This document shows, one piece after another, positions 15,281 to 32,991 of a stretch of 64,000 nucleotides of DNA (positions are counted from its first letter, which is position 1; each line of letters starts with the position of its first letter). Source of the DNA: the human T2T-CHM13v2.0 reference genome, Homo sapiens. The DNA is taken from the NCBI RefSeq assembly GCF_009914755.1, contig NC_060931.1; one strand, 5' to 3'. A model generated the notes under the pieces. That model had not been told where the DNA came from. It was given only the letters and a program-made list of their open reading frames with translations, and did no database searches. Made by a program: the position numbers and the translations under genes.

Positions 15281-16927
15281 ACAAGCATGCCACCACAGCT
15301 GTACCTGGCTCCTGACACCTGTGTATGGCTGATGTGTCACATCTGTCCTCCAACAGTTTTATTCTACTGGATTCTTAAGGTAAGGCACAGTCTTGCTGTG
15401 GTGTTAGTTGTGGAATGAAGTATTTGTTTGCTTTAAGAATTATGTCAGAAATGGGTGAATTCTAGAATTAATTAAGGATGCCTGAAATAAATATATATTT
15501 ATATATTTTCCCCACATTTTAACATCTATGAAATAATAGATGAATGTCAGAGTATAATTATCATTTTCATAATAGTACATAAAGTATTACAATAATAATT
15601 TTTACAACAGATTACAGGGCAACATTTTCTAAGGAAGATGTATAGAAAATAAAGCAAAAAAGAACAAAGGCAAAAAACAAACACACAAACAAAAAAACCC
15701 ATGGAATAAAAACCTGTTTGACTGATTTGACTGTTAGTCTGTGGGTCTGTTATTCTTTAGGTCTCCAGTGTCTCCCAAACAAGAATCAGGCTGCAAAGCT
15801 ATGTGGTGCTTCAACACCCAAATGGCCTCCCTGGCCCAAGGGAATGATGGAAAAGGAAGACCCTCCCACAGGACAGAGAATAGACACTTCTGACAGTAAG
15901 ATGAATTACAGCCCTGTTGGGCAATTGCTCCTCACACAACAGAAGCCATTTGCTGCTGAGACATGAGACTTGTTCTAGGCCAGAGGTCCAAAAAGGACAG
16001 TGTTGAGCAGCTTAAATGAAGAGAGCAACATTTTTTTTTTCTCAATACAATTCTCTATGGGTTTTACTATCTTCCCACATTTAGTATTGTAGAAGAGAAG
16101 CCTAATGCTAATTTATTAATTTGTTTTCTTGGCAGTTAATTGTGCTTTCTGTTCTCATATTATATACATTTTTACATCGGTTCTCCTTATTTTGGAAAAA
16201 TCAGAAATTTTACTAAGGTATGTCTGGATGTCAATCTTTTTATATTATTTGTTTTCCTCTTCAAGAACTTTCTTCAGATTGAGAATATCTTTTCTATGAA
16301 TGCTATGACTGTAACTGTTGGTTGTCTTTCCTTCTAGTTAGGTACAAGCACACCCACACACATACACACATGTGCACACAGGCACAGGCACACACATATG
16401 AACCCAGACACATTCACACAGATGAGCTTTTTATCCTCTGGGATCTATAGCTTATATCAATAGCTTGTAGTTTTTCACTTTGTCGTTATCTGTTAATACT
16501 TTGTCCTTTAAGCAGGAGAAACTTTCCTCCAAACAATAAATTCCATTTCCTTCCTGTTCAGTATCATTGATTCCAGCATTTGAAATTTTAATAATCATAT
16601 TTTCCATCTGAAAGCAGTCATTTGTCATTTCTGATTGTTCTGATGTTCTCATTAAATTGCCACTTTTATTCCTTTAATCTGCTAAAGAATATGAATATGA
16701 AATAAAGGTTTTTGGAATATTCTTTTTTTCTCATGGAATGTGTCCACAATTTAATACAGTAATATTTAGGGTGACCCATAACTTCTCACAATGTTTTTTT
16801 TTTTTTTTTGCAAATTTTGTATATTAAGAGCTAGTTATCTGTGGTCATTTTTGTCCAGTCATAGGATTTAAGTTTTTTTTAAATTTCCTGAGGTTACAAA
16901 AGATGCTTTAAAAGTGTATTTTCCTTA

Positions 16928-17335
16928 TAATGCAGCCATAAAAAAGAATGAGATCATGTCCTTTGCAGGGACATGAATGAAGCTGGAGTTCATTGTGCTT
17001 AGCAAAGTAACACAGGAAAAGAAAACCAAATACCACATGTTCTCACTTATAAGTGGGAGCTAAATGATGAGAACACCATGGACATATAGAGGGGAACAAC
17101 GCACACTGGGGCCTTTTGGAAGTTGGAGGGTGGAGGAGGGAGAGAATCAGGAAAAAGAATTACTGTACTAGGCTTAATACCTAGGTGATGAAATTATCTG
17201 TACAACAAACACTCATCAAATAAGTTTACCTACAGAACAAACCTGAACTTGTAGCTCTGAACTTAAAATAAAAGTTTTGAAGTATTTTTAAAAAGAAACA
17301 CACAAAAAACAAAATAAAACAAAATAATATAAAAT
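16928..17335 (+). mobile_element. 5'-truncated L1 3' end (older L1PA, ~PA11-16-like) with A-rich tail
   Basis: gcagccataaaaaagaatgagatcatgtcctttgcagggacatg...gttctcacttataagtgggagctaaatgatgagaac...taaaataaaagtt. Probable degenerate TSD aaaagtgtatt(tt)cct / aaaatgtgtattcct. Confidence 0.9.
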
Positions 17336-20300
17336 AAAATGTGTATTCCTGAGTTAGGGGTTCAGTTGAGTCTGAAGTGGGCTTTTGTGTCACAGCAGCA
17401 CCCATGTTTCTTTCTACTTCATGAATTCAGCTGCAGCAGCCAGCAGCAGGTCATGGTTGTTCATCTCCGGCCAGGATTGTTTTGTTTGCTAGGAGGCAGA
17501 ATGATGAAAAACATAAGAGAAAAACGCATGCTTATATCTGTTTATATAATCAGTTTGTTATCAGTTTGTGGACTAAAGACCAATTTGTCATGTTCCTGGA
17601 CAGAGTATATTCCACTTTTACAAGCTTCCACACAGAGTCTTCAAACTTTTCTCAAGAAAGCCATGAGCTTTTTGAAGGCAGAGATGGTATCTACTCTAGT
17701 GTTGAGGCAGGAAATTTACACTTGTGTTCAGTTTTTAGGACTGGTTGTAGGAATGAAAGAATGAATGAAGATGCAAGCCAAACAGTCGATGGGTGAGTTC
17801 TCCTGTAACCACTGAGCTGTGAGAGTCCTGCTGTCCCTAGACTGCCTTACTGTGTCCCCTCCCTGGGAGAGCTGTGGTGGGTGTACTCTGCACCAATTTT
17901 GTGCTATGCTGGGAGGGCATCTCAGGGAATGGTAGGTGTGTGGTACCCGAGGAGATACACATGTGGTCTCTTTTTATCCACGTCTTACATATCTCTGATG
18001 CTGCACTTCATCTCTCCTTGGAACTCTCTCCATCTCTATTTTCTCTGCCTCCCTTTTCTCTGTCCAGGTGGCTCGAAGCTCAAAGGATGGAGAAATCATC
18101 AGATCAGTGGATACGATAATTTGTTTAAATTCCAACTTTGTAAATCAGGGGTTATGTGACTTTGGCCAGGTTGTTCACTTCTATTCTGAGTTCCAGTTTC
18201 TTTATATACAGGACCCAGCACTGAAACAGATGAACTTTCAGGTATTTTTGAGTTTCTTTAGTCAATTCTCGGTGTCAGTTCGTGCCCACCGGTCAGTTTC
18301 CCAGCTACTGTTAGCTTCCAGGTGGGCACCCCACTGCCTCTCCCCACTTTTCTTCCACCACTCTCTAGAGAAGCCCATGCTGCTGGCTCTCTCCTTAGAA
18401 GTAATTGCATTTCTATACTGCCTTGAGACGCAGATAACAATCCCTTTTCTAGGTAAGACAATTGGGGTTCAGGGAGGTAAACCCACTAGGAAAAGTGACA
18501 TCGCAGTTAACTATCGGAACCAGAATTTGATTTTAGGCCAATCTGAAACCATGATCTCTTGCCCTTTTGTATTTTATTTTGCTCAAAATAAAAATTCAGA
18601 AAGGATGGATCAAACATGGATTTTATTAATTTAGAAGTTAATTCACAGTTCCACATTGTTATTTTCTCCTTATGTGTTGGGCACTACGCAGAGAACGCAG
18701 ACTGCCTTGGTATGAGTAAATAAAAGGGCATTTCAGTGCTAGCTGATGCTGGCCGCTAGACCCTGGTTTGGAGTTGAAGAAGAGTGATCACTTTTAGCTT
18801 TCCACACAGAGGTAAATGGGCAATGCCCTGGCCTCCTGTGGCGTCTGCAGCAGTGCCGAGTCTAACTTGCAGGTCAGTGGTCAGTGATGGAAAAGGACTC
18901 CTGCTTGCTTGATGTCAGAGCTACCACATGAGAGAGGCTGCACAAATTCTGACATCAAACTGCCTTGGGAGAATGTACATGGGACTAAGTGGGTGTGGGC
19001 TTGACCCCACTCTTAAGTCATTGACTAATTCTTTTCATTAGTCACACTACACTTTCTAAATCTAACCACAACATTTAGAAACAACATTTGTTTGGAAATT
19101 CAACATGCTGCACCAGAACCAAGTTTGATCATATTGCTTGTGACTCAGGGTCTAAAGACTGCAACAAACTTAGCAAAGATGTGGTTGGTATCCAAAGGGA
19201 AAAGCTCCTCATTTTAAGGTAACATCTGCTTGAAGGGCTTGGTGCCCCAGAGGGTACTTTACCAGAAGGCCATTAAAGATACAAATGGTCTCTAAACTCC
19301 AACTTATTTTATGTTTCAATTCAGCAAGCCAGAGTCATCAATTTTTTTTTCTTTTTTTCTTTTTCTTTGTCTATTCAACAACGCTAGTCACGGAGGCAGG
19401 TAAACATGAAATTGGCAGATGATAAACTCTGAAAACTAAACCCATATAGTAAAGCCAAATTAAAACATTTGAAAATGTTTTTATTCTTGTGTGTTGGTTC
19501 ATTCAAAATAGAGACTTCTTTTTTGATTTTTAAATAGATACTAGTTTCATTCCCATGACAGTTTTGTTAAATATAAAGAATATTTTCTTGTACATCTTCC
19601 ACAGGACAATAAACAAATTGAAGTGCAAAGTCATTCTGAGAAGGGAAATTTCAAAATACATTTTAGGATCCAGGATCTTTTGCACTGCATGTGAATTAGC
19701 TATTTTTAGCCTAAACATAAGACTTATATTTAGAGGCTGAAATCAGCTGATATAGCCTTATTTATGGTCTGACCCAACTGAGAGATGAAATCCGCTGTGA
19801 TCATGGACTCAGACACATAAATTCAAACTTAGTCTCTAAATATAAGGGGCTCCTGATGACTACAGGTGACATTTGCTGGAGTTTTCAGACTTAACAAAAG
19901 AGTGTCCCTTTTTGAATGTTTTAGATTACATTTTTTTAAAATTGAATTTTTTTAATTCAGCAGCTAAATTTCATTTAAAATGATTTTATATCTTGTCCTG
20001 ATTACTAATGGGGGCTTAGAAATCATACTGAAAACTTCATTAAGTTCCTCATTCATATTTCAGTAAAAGTTGCCTCAATTGACTTTCATATATATTTTGC
20101 AAACTTAGATTAATTTTATCAGAACATCTTTGGTAAAAATTATTGATATGCTTTTATTTCTTTGGAAAATATAATGTATTAGCCAACCTACTGTGGTAAA
20201 ATCAACTGTGTTTTTCTCAGTAGAGGGACAGTCCATTCTTTTCTTTATTCTTATAAGCAGGGGAGATCAGATACTTCCCCAGCCACAACGATTCAGAATT

Positions 20301-20630
20301 ACTCATTTGAATGGAGGATATAATCTCAAACTTCTTTCTGAAGCTAGTAAATATCATCCTAGTCTAAATTAGTTCTGTCTAGAGATAATTCAACAAATGA
20401 CGTTTCTTATAACTGGATTTCACCTTCTTTTCTAGTGAAAGTGCCTTTTAAAATGTATGGAATAGTGAAATGAGCAGATCAAGGAATTTAAAGACATAGG
20501 GAAAATAAGAAAGTGGTAAGAATTTACCAAAGCCATGAGCTCACTGTCTTTTTCTTGACATGTTTGATTAGTTTGTGGAACTGAATACCTTCACAACTTA
20601 GAGTAATAGGAAAACTACCTCTCCACTTTT

Positions 20631-23222
<2,592 letters not shown>

Positions 23223-23434
23223 CTCTCCACTTTTTAAGGAAATATTATTTCTAGTGAAGTTTACACTGGATCTTCAATTTTATGAAAACCATCTAATTTA
23301 AAAATATCATTTTCAATACTTTTTCTTTGACTTCATTTTCCTAAGTATGTATTTCCCCTGCTTGAATATGGCTTAAATATATTATTTTATTTCCATAGTT
23401 TGAAGGATATTGGATTTAACATTATCAACATGTA

Positions 23435-23570
23435 AATCACTGCTCTGCCACTTACTCAGTTGAGTAAAATGGGAATAATAATGTCTACCATGTGAAACTG
23501 CAAAAAGGGTTACTGATATGATGTACGGGAGATCCCTAGCACACACAGTATCTGGTGGACAGCTGTCTTT
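23435..23570 (+). mobile_element. MIR fragment
   Basis: gctctgccacttact...gtaaaatgggaataataatgtctacc. Confidence 0.6.
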
Positions 23571-24266
23571 CATAACTATGTGTTAAACTGGAAAATCAAG
23601 TCAAGTAATCTTTGATTTATTTTTACAAAGAATATGAAACAAGATAGCATAATTAATGATAGAGACAGGGCTTCAACCCAGCCCCTCTGTTGTTTCAACC
23701 ACCTTTTCAGGCCCATAGGTACAAAGCTAAAAAATAAAATACAAGTAAATAAAACAGATAACACACAAACATTTTTTTCCTTATTCTTAAAACATATTTC
23801 TCTTTGGCTGCACATTCATTCTGATGCAAGTTTCTCTGTAGAGAGTTGTTGTCCAGCGTTTATTGTGTGTATGGCTGGTTAAAAATGAATGTAAAATTCT
23901 CAGCTCTTGCAAACCAACTGCAAAGACAAAGAATGACAGCCAAATGGGGAGGATAGGTGTTCCAAGAAAGCATCTCACAGAATCATTAACCAATATGCCC
24001 TGCAGTATCAGAATCTATTGATGTTGGTTCTACGCTGAGCTCTACTGCCATTTGCTATTTATTTTGACAAGAAGTGAAACCATCAGGAATGTGCTGATTC
24101 ATTGCCCCTTTGATAGGAGATCATGGGGCACAGGGGACAGTTTGGTGAGTAGGCTTCACACTGTGCTGTGTTTTTCCCAGAAGGTTTGGTTTATCATTAA
24201 GAAGCAGGGAAATGTGGCAGAAAAACAAAAACAAAAACAAAAACAAAACAAAAACCATGGCCTTGA

Positions 24267-24589
<323 letters not shown>

Positions 24590-26574
24590 CGAATACGTTT
24601 GTTCTTAATCATTGCCATAATCTCCAATTTCTGCCTTCCTTAGCATTATAAGCATAATCATGATAAAATATTATCTTTTCCTAGACCAATAGCGTCCTTC
24701 TGACTTCTTTTCCTTTCTCCAGAGTCCAGATAAACTGCCTCGGTTCCCTTGTCTTCTTACCCTCTGCCTAAGGTATCCTAGGAATGTTTATCTTGGCTCT
24801 ACCTTTATCCTGTACTTCTGCTTTCCTGTAAGGAGACTAGTCCTACCTGTGAAGCACCATTTTTCATTCTCAGTACATTGTTGACTATGCATATCAAAGA
24901 ACTATATGATAAAGTACACCATGATTTTATTACTAGTATGGTTTCTGATTGTGTTCTAGCCACACATCATTAGTCCTGCTATTAAGAAAACTAGTACCAT
25001 TCATTTCCAAGACAAATAGGTGTCCCTACCTAAGGCATTGAGAGATAAGGCCATGCATATTCATAAGGAAAATTTTCTGCTCCCAAAGATTTAACTGATT
25101 TTTCTCTTTAAGCTTCTATAGTAAAAATAACCAGAAGTTCAGGGAATAAGATCAAGCCCAGAATCACATCATTCCTGACTGTGAAAAACAGATCTTTGGT
25201 ATCTATATAACCCAAGAACATGGCATGGTTTCATACGTGAACTGAGAATATTAATATTTATATAGTAGTCATAAAAACAAAATGATATCACTTGCATATA
25301 ATTCGATGATGTTCAACACTGTGTCTTGCATATGGTAGGTGCTTAGGGCACAGTTTTCTTTCCCCTAAGATAGTGCATCTCAAGTGATGTTTGTTTCATA
25401 AAATTGGAGAAGGGAATTTAAGTCATTTTATTGTTTCATATATGAAGTATTTGAGCTTTGTGTTCCAAATACGTCATTGGTAAGACCTATCCTTTGTGCA
25501 AGGAACCCTGAAAGATTAACTTAAGAGGACCTTACTTTAGCAATGAATTCCCATAGACAGATGGCACTTCTGATGGATCACTGTATATGCCACTAAGTCC
25601 CACTTTGGTCAGGAGAGTTCATTACAGAAGGCTCACTCTCACCCATTCTGCTGTTTGCTGCACATTCAGACTTCTAAGATTATTCAATGCTTTCTCATTT
25701 TAATTAAAGTAATTTCATCCAAATGAAGCCATATAGTATGTCCAATTTTACAATGTGCTGATATTTTGCAACTACATGCAACATTTGTGTTTATATTACA
25801 TTTGTACACCTATTTCTTTGTGTTTTGATTGCAAATTAAAAGGTGAGCTTGGAAAGATGACATTAAATTTTGGTAATGAATATATGCAGTTATATCAAGT
25901 TCAGCTAGTTCATCTTATAAATAAAGTACTTTTAAGCAGAAATCCAGACAATCTTTCATGGGAGCATTTCAGAGGTAAATGTTAGTCCCTCTCTGCACCT
26001 CTGCCTCCTTCCGTCTCCAGCATGCAGCCCCCAGGCAGCTGTCCTGACAGATGTCTACTCCACAAGGGCTAGGCTGGACTTTGGGCATAAAATAACTTAA
26101 AAGAGGGTACAGCTAGACCCTAGCTGTTCTCCAAATCAAAGTTTCACCAAAAGCAGGTATTGGATTAGGAGATATGAGAACTATTTTCCACCCCTAAGCC
26201 AAAACTGTCCATTTTAGAATGTTATCACTTCTGTATATAAGTCGCTATAGACTTTTCTAGCTAGCACTTTCTGTGGCTACTTAATGAAAACACCCAAGGG
26301 ACCCAGAAAGTTATTCTTTATTGTTCCTTAAAACTAGGGGATGATGGGAAGGGTATTTAAGCTCCTCAGAGAAAACAAATGGACAGTGCTGCTGTCTCTC
26401 CTTCCCACCCCCACCCCCAAATCCCTTTAATTTTTTTCTTTCTGTGAACCAGGTCACATGATGATCAACTCTGTGGTTGGAAATCAGGAATCTTCAAAGG
26501 AGTGGGATGATTCTGCAAGAACTCCCACATTCTTAGTGATTGCACAGTACAGTCTGATCAACCCTCCTGAAAAG

Positions 26575-26950
26575 GACAGCTGCTTCATCTCGATAAACCC
26601 ATCGTCATAAATCACACGATGGAATATTACACAGCAATGACAAGGAATGAACAACGGGCCATAAAACCACATGAGTAAAGTTCAAAAACATTCTGTGGAG
26701 TTGAAAAGTACGTGGTGTAGGAGTCAATTTATGAAATTCAAGAACATGTAGAGCATGGTATGACAGAAGTCAGCATAATGAATACTTCTGCTGTGAAGAT
26801 TGACTGGGGAAAAGGATGGAAAGGCTTTCTGAGTGACAGAAATAGTTTGTATCTTTATCTCATTGACAGTCAAGTAGCTAAAAATTGACCTGGATGCACA
26901 CTTCAGATTTCCACATTGCACTGTATTTACATTACACTTCAATTTTTAAA
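26575..26950 (+). mobile_element. Old L1M (ME/MC-type) 3' end
   Basis: atggaatattacacagcaatgac...gaagtcagcataatg...gactggggaaaagg...ctttctgagtga...tacacttcaatttttaaa. Confidence 0.65.
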
Positions 26951-27569
26951 GGCAAAGGAAAGAAGATGGTGACCCCTGTGGTAGTAGTGGATGTTTCTCA
27001 GTGGTCCGAATTCTAGAGATTTTCCTGGCATTAGGAAAAAAATGCAGGATTTTTAACATATATAGCCAAGAGAAGTTGAAAAACATAGCTAAAATGCGCT
27101 TAAAAACAAAACAACACAAAACATTAGCATAGTTCCTCTCCCTCTCCTCTTTCTCTCTTTTGTTCAAATGCTGGAAGTGAACAACAATTGTTTTGATAAT
27201 AAAATAACTACACAGTGTCAACAATGTTTCCTTCATTGAGTTTTGAGGCTACAGCAATGACAAGAAAAAATGGATTTTCATGTTAAGAATCTCACCATCT
27301 AAAAGGGAGTTATAGCATCTTTTATAATATTAAGTTGCATTTGCTGACTGCTACCTATTTACACTCAACTATACACTTACAAGGTTCTACCTGCTTTTTT
27401 GTATTAACTATTTTAACACTCACAACCAACATTGAAGGAATGAAATATCTTGCCTCAAATCAAAGAATTAATAAATGGTAAAGGCAATATTTGAAGCAGA
27501 CAGTGTATTTCTGGAGACTATTCTCTCACCCACTACATGCTATTAACATTTAACCATGCTATGAGATAA

Positions 27570-28250
27570 ACAAAGAAGTTCTCTCCTGGTTTGACTTCTG
27601 TGGCATCTGTTTCTTTTCTTTTCTTTTTTTTTTTTTTAACCTTTCCCCTTCTCTTCTCTACTTTTTACTTTCCTCTCCTGATTCACTTTCATCTGCCTGC
27701 CTGTTGAATATCAATGTTCCACAGTTTATTTCCTCGGCCTTAGTTTCTTCAAATTCTGGAATTCCATCCAGAAAGAAACATCATTTATTGCCAGTTTCAG
27801 TCACCATATGTCTTTCTTTCTGGGGAACTCATCTACCTGCATTTCCAGAGGCAATTTCAACTTATCTGGTCTGTCATTTAACTCTATATCTTTCTTCCAA
27901 AGCTTGTTTCTCCTACCATGAAAGTTGGACCTTCCACTCAACTTGAAGTCTTGTCAGCACCTTTGACCAGCTTTACACCCTAATCCTCCACAACAAATGC
28001 ACAGTGACCTCCTGTCTCTCATACCCTTCCCCTCCACTCCACTAACATTACCTTGGCTCAGCTCTCATCTCTTACCTGAATTGTAACATCCCCCAGTTTC
28101 ACCCATCCAAATACATTTCCACACTGTGGAGAACACACAGGAAGCTTTCTAAATTTCAAATGTGTTCACTCTACTCCCTTGCTTTGAAACCTACATTTCC
28201 CACAGGATAAAGTCCACATTTTATGGCCTGAAAACCTTTGCCATCGTGCC
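27570..28250 (+). mobile_element. L2 fragment
   Basis: Pyrimidine-rich L2-like sequence (ctctcatctcttacctgaattgtaacatc...ctttctaaatttcaaatgtgttcac...cacaggataaagtcc). Confidence 0.5.
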
Positions 28251-28669
28251 CAGATGTTAATGGTGGAAGTGCCAGCCTAGGCAAACCTAGGCAGGTGCAC
28301 TAGGTTGGAAACCGTGTCAGAAGCAATGTAGGAATGAGGATTAAAGCCACAGGTAAAGTCAGGTCAGAGGTCTTTGGAAAGTCTTTATGAAAATGGATGA
28401 GGTGTGGGCTTGGTACTGATACTTTGAAATGTTTACTTGCATCGTTCGTTCATCATTCTCAGGAAAAGCAGCAACCTGCAGCTGGGTTCTAAATAAGATT
28501 TCCAGTTTTGTCCAGTCCATCCCAGATGCACCCAGGTGCTCTCTTCCTTCAGAGGAAAGAAATATCTAGTCCATCAATCACTGCCCCCCTTCCAATATTT
28601 TAGGGTATGCCCTATTTTCCCATTAGTTCTTGGTTTAGGCTACTTCTTTCCCCTGCCCTTGGCTTCCTT

Positions 28670-29090
28670 TCTGTCGGGAGAATTGGCTCACCAAATTCCA
28701 CTTTTCCTACTGTGATTTTATTATAAAGATAGAAAAACCTAAGTGTTCATGTTCCCAGCCTTCAGTGTAGCTTCTGACGGTCACGTAACATAAATGTGCT
28801 CAGTCCAGCATTCACAGAACTCTGCTGCTGCCTCTCTTTCTATTCCTTCTTCCTGCTTGGAATGCAGATGTGATGTTAGAATTGGATCAGAGAAACTGTG
28901 ACTCTGGGGCCATGAACCCACCCACTTCACTCAGAGTTATGGGAAGCTTAATGTGAATGTGCTACATCGACCCTGGCTCAGCTGCCTCTGGGCTCCCTGG
29001 GAAGTGAGGGAAATACAGCCATATTTGTTAAGGGGAAAGTTGGAGTCGCTCTCGGCTCCACACAGCTGAAAGCATTATTAACTGATACAG
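28670..29090 (+). mobile_element. MLT1 (J/K-like) MaLR LTR
   Basis: tcccagccttc...ggtcacgtaac...ttcttcctgcttggaatgcagatgtgatg...cagctgaaagcattattaactgataca. Confidence 0.6.
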
Positions 29091-30631
29091 CCTTTTTCAT
29101 TCATAAATTATAAGGAAGGCATAATTGTCCTTACTTCACAGACATCTCATAGAATAGAAAAGCTAACTAAGCTGGTTTATCTTGGAACAAGATTGGAAAC
29201 TTGTTATCTGAAACTAAAGAGGTCATTTTCCACTCTAAGGTCAGTCCCAGTGCAAAGACCAGCAGTTGTTTTTGTTCTCTCTTTTGGAGATAAGGAAATT
29301 GTGGCACACAGAAGCTTTGAGTCTTGCAAGTACCATAAACCATGTTCTTTCTCTGCCTCTCTTCTGAATCTACTTCCTTGCCGTACCATTCTACTCAACA
29401 CAGCCAATCAGAATAAAGTCTTTGTCACTCTTTTAAGTCAAGAATCTACCTTAGATATCAGTGGGAATATTTTATTAAAAATACAGCACTAACAGTTACA
29501 GATTTTATCTATCTTTGAGGATTCTTTTGTGTATTATTTCTAAGGTATCAAAGAATAATGGGCCATTTCCCTAAAGGATATTTAGTATTTATTCTACTGT
29601 AAAAATTGCTAACACTGTTATTAAATATATCAGAAAATGTTTCCCTGTTTGACCACTGTTTTTGAATTGTGGCCATAGAATCATTAATTAGTTTTTAGGT
29701 ACTCAATATTTTATAATCTGTTCACTGAGCATGATAAAGTAATTAAAATGAATTAGACTGAGAAGCTACAGAGCAACAGATGTTAATACCGATTGTAAAT
29801 GACTGAAAGAAGCTGAGGAGCAAGCTGAGGAATTAAAGATGATTCTTTGATATGCATTTAGGATATGACACTTCTATAACCTCATTGAAGGGGATTCCAC
29901 TCCTTTATGCAAACGTGTCATTAAGAAGAGACCCCCTGGTCTCTGGAAGCCTCCAAGATCTCAATACTTCTCTGCATCCACATTTATTTTCCTTTTTTGA
30001 CTCTAGTATTCCTGTCTCTGTGACATCCTATTGTTTCCCAATTTAATTTCCATCTTGAATACTATTTCCTGATTTGATCTCTCATCTCTGCTGCCAATCC
30101 CCTGGATTCATGACTGCAGCTCATGCAAAAGCTCTCATCTCTTACCTGGAATTAGAAGAGGCACCCAAGCTCCTGCTGGGATCAGAGGGTGGGCCTTCTG
30201 TTACATATTGGAGACTAGAACAAGCAAGGATCTTGCCCTATGCTGACAGAGATCACATTTATTTTTAAATTTTGTGTCTGTATGTTTGTGATTCCATTTT
30301 ATTCCCATTTCTTTTAGGAGATATCTGCTAGCCATGAATTCACTTAGTTTTCTTTGACTGAGAAAGCCTTCATTATTTCTTTTTCACTTTTGCAGAATAT
30401 TTTTGCTCTATATATGACAGATTTTTGTGTTTATCTTTCTGTTTTATCTTTCTACACTTTAAGTATGCCATGCCATTGTCTCTTTGCTTGCATAATTTAT
30501 GATGAGAAGTCTGCTGTAATTCTTATCCTTGTTCCTCTGTGACTAGCATGATTTTTTTTTCCCACTTTCTTTGGAGATTTGCTTTTTGCCCTGGCTTCAG
30601 GGGAGTTTGAATAGGATATGGGGTGTGTGTT

Positions 30632-30635
<4 letters not shown>

Positions 30636-30671
<36 letters not shown>
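30636..30671. repeat. (GT)n microsatellite
   Basis: Direct observation. Confidence 0.95.
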
Positions 30672-30678
<7 letters not shown>

Positions 30679-32265
30679 TATTAATTCTGTTTTTTTTCCT
30701 CTAAACTCCTTAGGCCTGTAGTTTTGTTTATTGGTTTTAGAAAATTCTCAGTCATTATTTCTTCAATTTTTTTTATACTCCCTTCTCCTTTTCTTATTCT
30801 CAGAATGCAACTATGCATATGTTACACTATTTGATTGTGTCCCACAGTGTTGGGATGTTCTATTAGTGTTCTGGTTTTGTTTTTCATTTTTTTTCTCTTT
30901 GCTTCCAGTTTAGTAAGTTTCTATAAACCTATGTTTAAGTTTACTGATTCTTTCCTCAGCCATGTCCAGTCTACTAATGAGTCCATCAAAGGAATTTGTC
31001 ATTTCCATTGCTATATTTTTATTTCCAGTATTTCAATTTGATTTTTTCTTATAATTTCCATCTCTCTATTCAAATTATCCACCTGGCACTGAGTGTTGTC
31101 ATTTTGTCTAGCATTTCCATTGAAGCCGTTAACATGTTAAGCAGAGTTTTCTTTTTCAAATTCCTTGTCTGATAATTCCAGCCTCTGTGTCATGGCTCTG
31201 TCTAGTTCTAACAATTGCTTTGTCACTTTGAATGACTTTTTTTCTTGCTTTTTAATATTCCTTATAATTTTTTGGTTATAGCTAGACATGAAAAGAACAG
31301 CAGATATTAGATAAATTTTATATGTTGGGAGAAAAGCACAAGTTTCCTTGTGTGAGGCCTTAAATGTGGAGATGGATGTTCATCTGGTCAGAAGACAAGC
31401 TGCATTTGAAACTGTTTGTGCCATGGGCACCAGCGCTTTCTGGCCACTCCATTGGTGCCCTTTTTTGGCTCCCACTTGACTGAGTCTCCCCATGTGCCTC
31501 TTCACAGTTGTATTCCACTGCTACTTTTACTGCTGTTTTTTACAGTGGTGGTGGTCCTGGCTAAGAAGAAGGTTATCTGATGTTCACATTTAGCTAAAGA
31601 TTTTGGCACGTATCAAAACCTAAGTCCTGGACATGTAGCCTTCACAGCTATTCCTGTCCCTTTTCCTGGGATAAAAATTCTTCCTCATCTTATTGCTCCT
31701 CTTCTTTTTCCCAAATTGCAGTGGTTTTGAAGCCTTTTCTCCTGCAGATTGAGACTTTGGTTGCTTAGGGGAAACTGGGATTATGCTTCTGGTTGGAGAT
31801 TTGGTGGTGATCTCTATTTCCATCTTTCAGTTTAATAAATTAAACCAGTGTCTCAGGGTTAACTTTGATAATTTTCCCTCCAGATTAAGCCTTTTATCCA
31901 TGAAGTACATAGTTGGAAATAGTCTGGGTAGATTTGGCAGTGGCTGCTTCTTCCACCAACCCCAGCCAGCACTACAGTGTGTGTGGGGAAAGGAGTGAGG
32001 GATGAACTTTTTCTAGGTTCTTCTTTGTTCCCCTTTGTAAATGTTGGGTGAGTTCCTGGACAAAAAGCTCACAAGAGAGTGGAACTCTCTCCTAGGAATA
32101 CAGCCTTTGGAAGCTTCACATTCTCACACTAGCCCACCCGCAGCCTCCAAAAGTTCTATACAATTTTTAATTTTTGATTGGCTTATATAATATACAGTGG
32201 CTCCTGTTTCAGAAGAGAAAATGCTGGAGCCTTCTCTCCAGATGTCGGGATGTCACTTTTCCCTA

Positions 32266-32991
<726 letters not shown>

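Noticed and set aside
18068-18634. 188-aa ORF
   Set aside because: GTG start, overlaps a MIR-like fragment, and has no recognisable homology or splice context.
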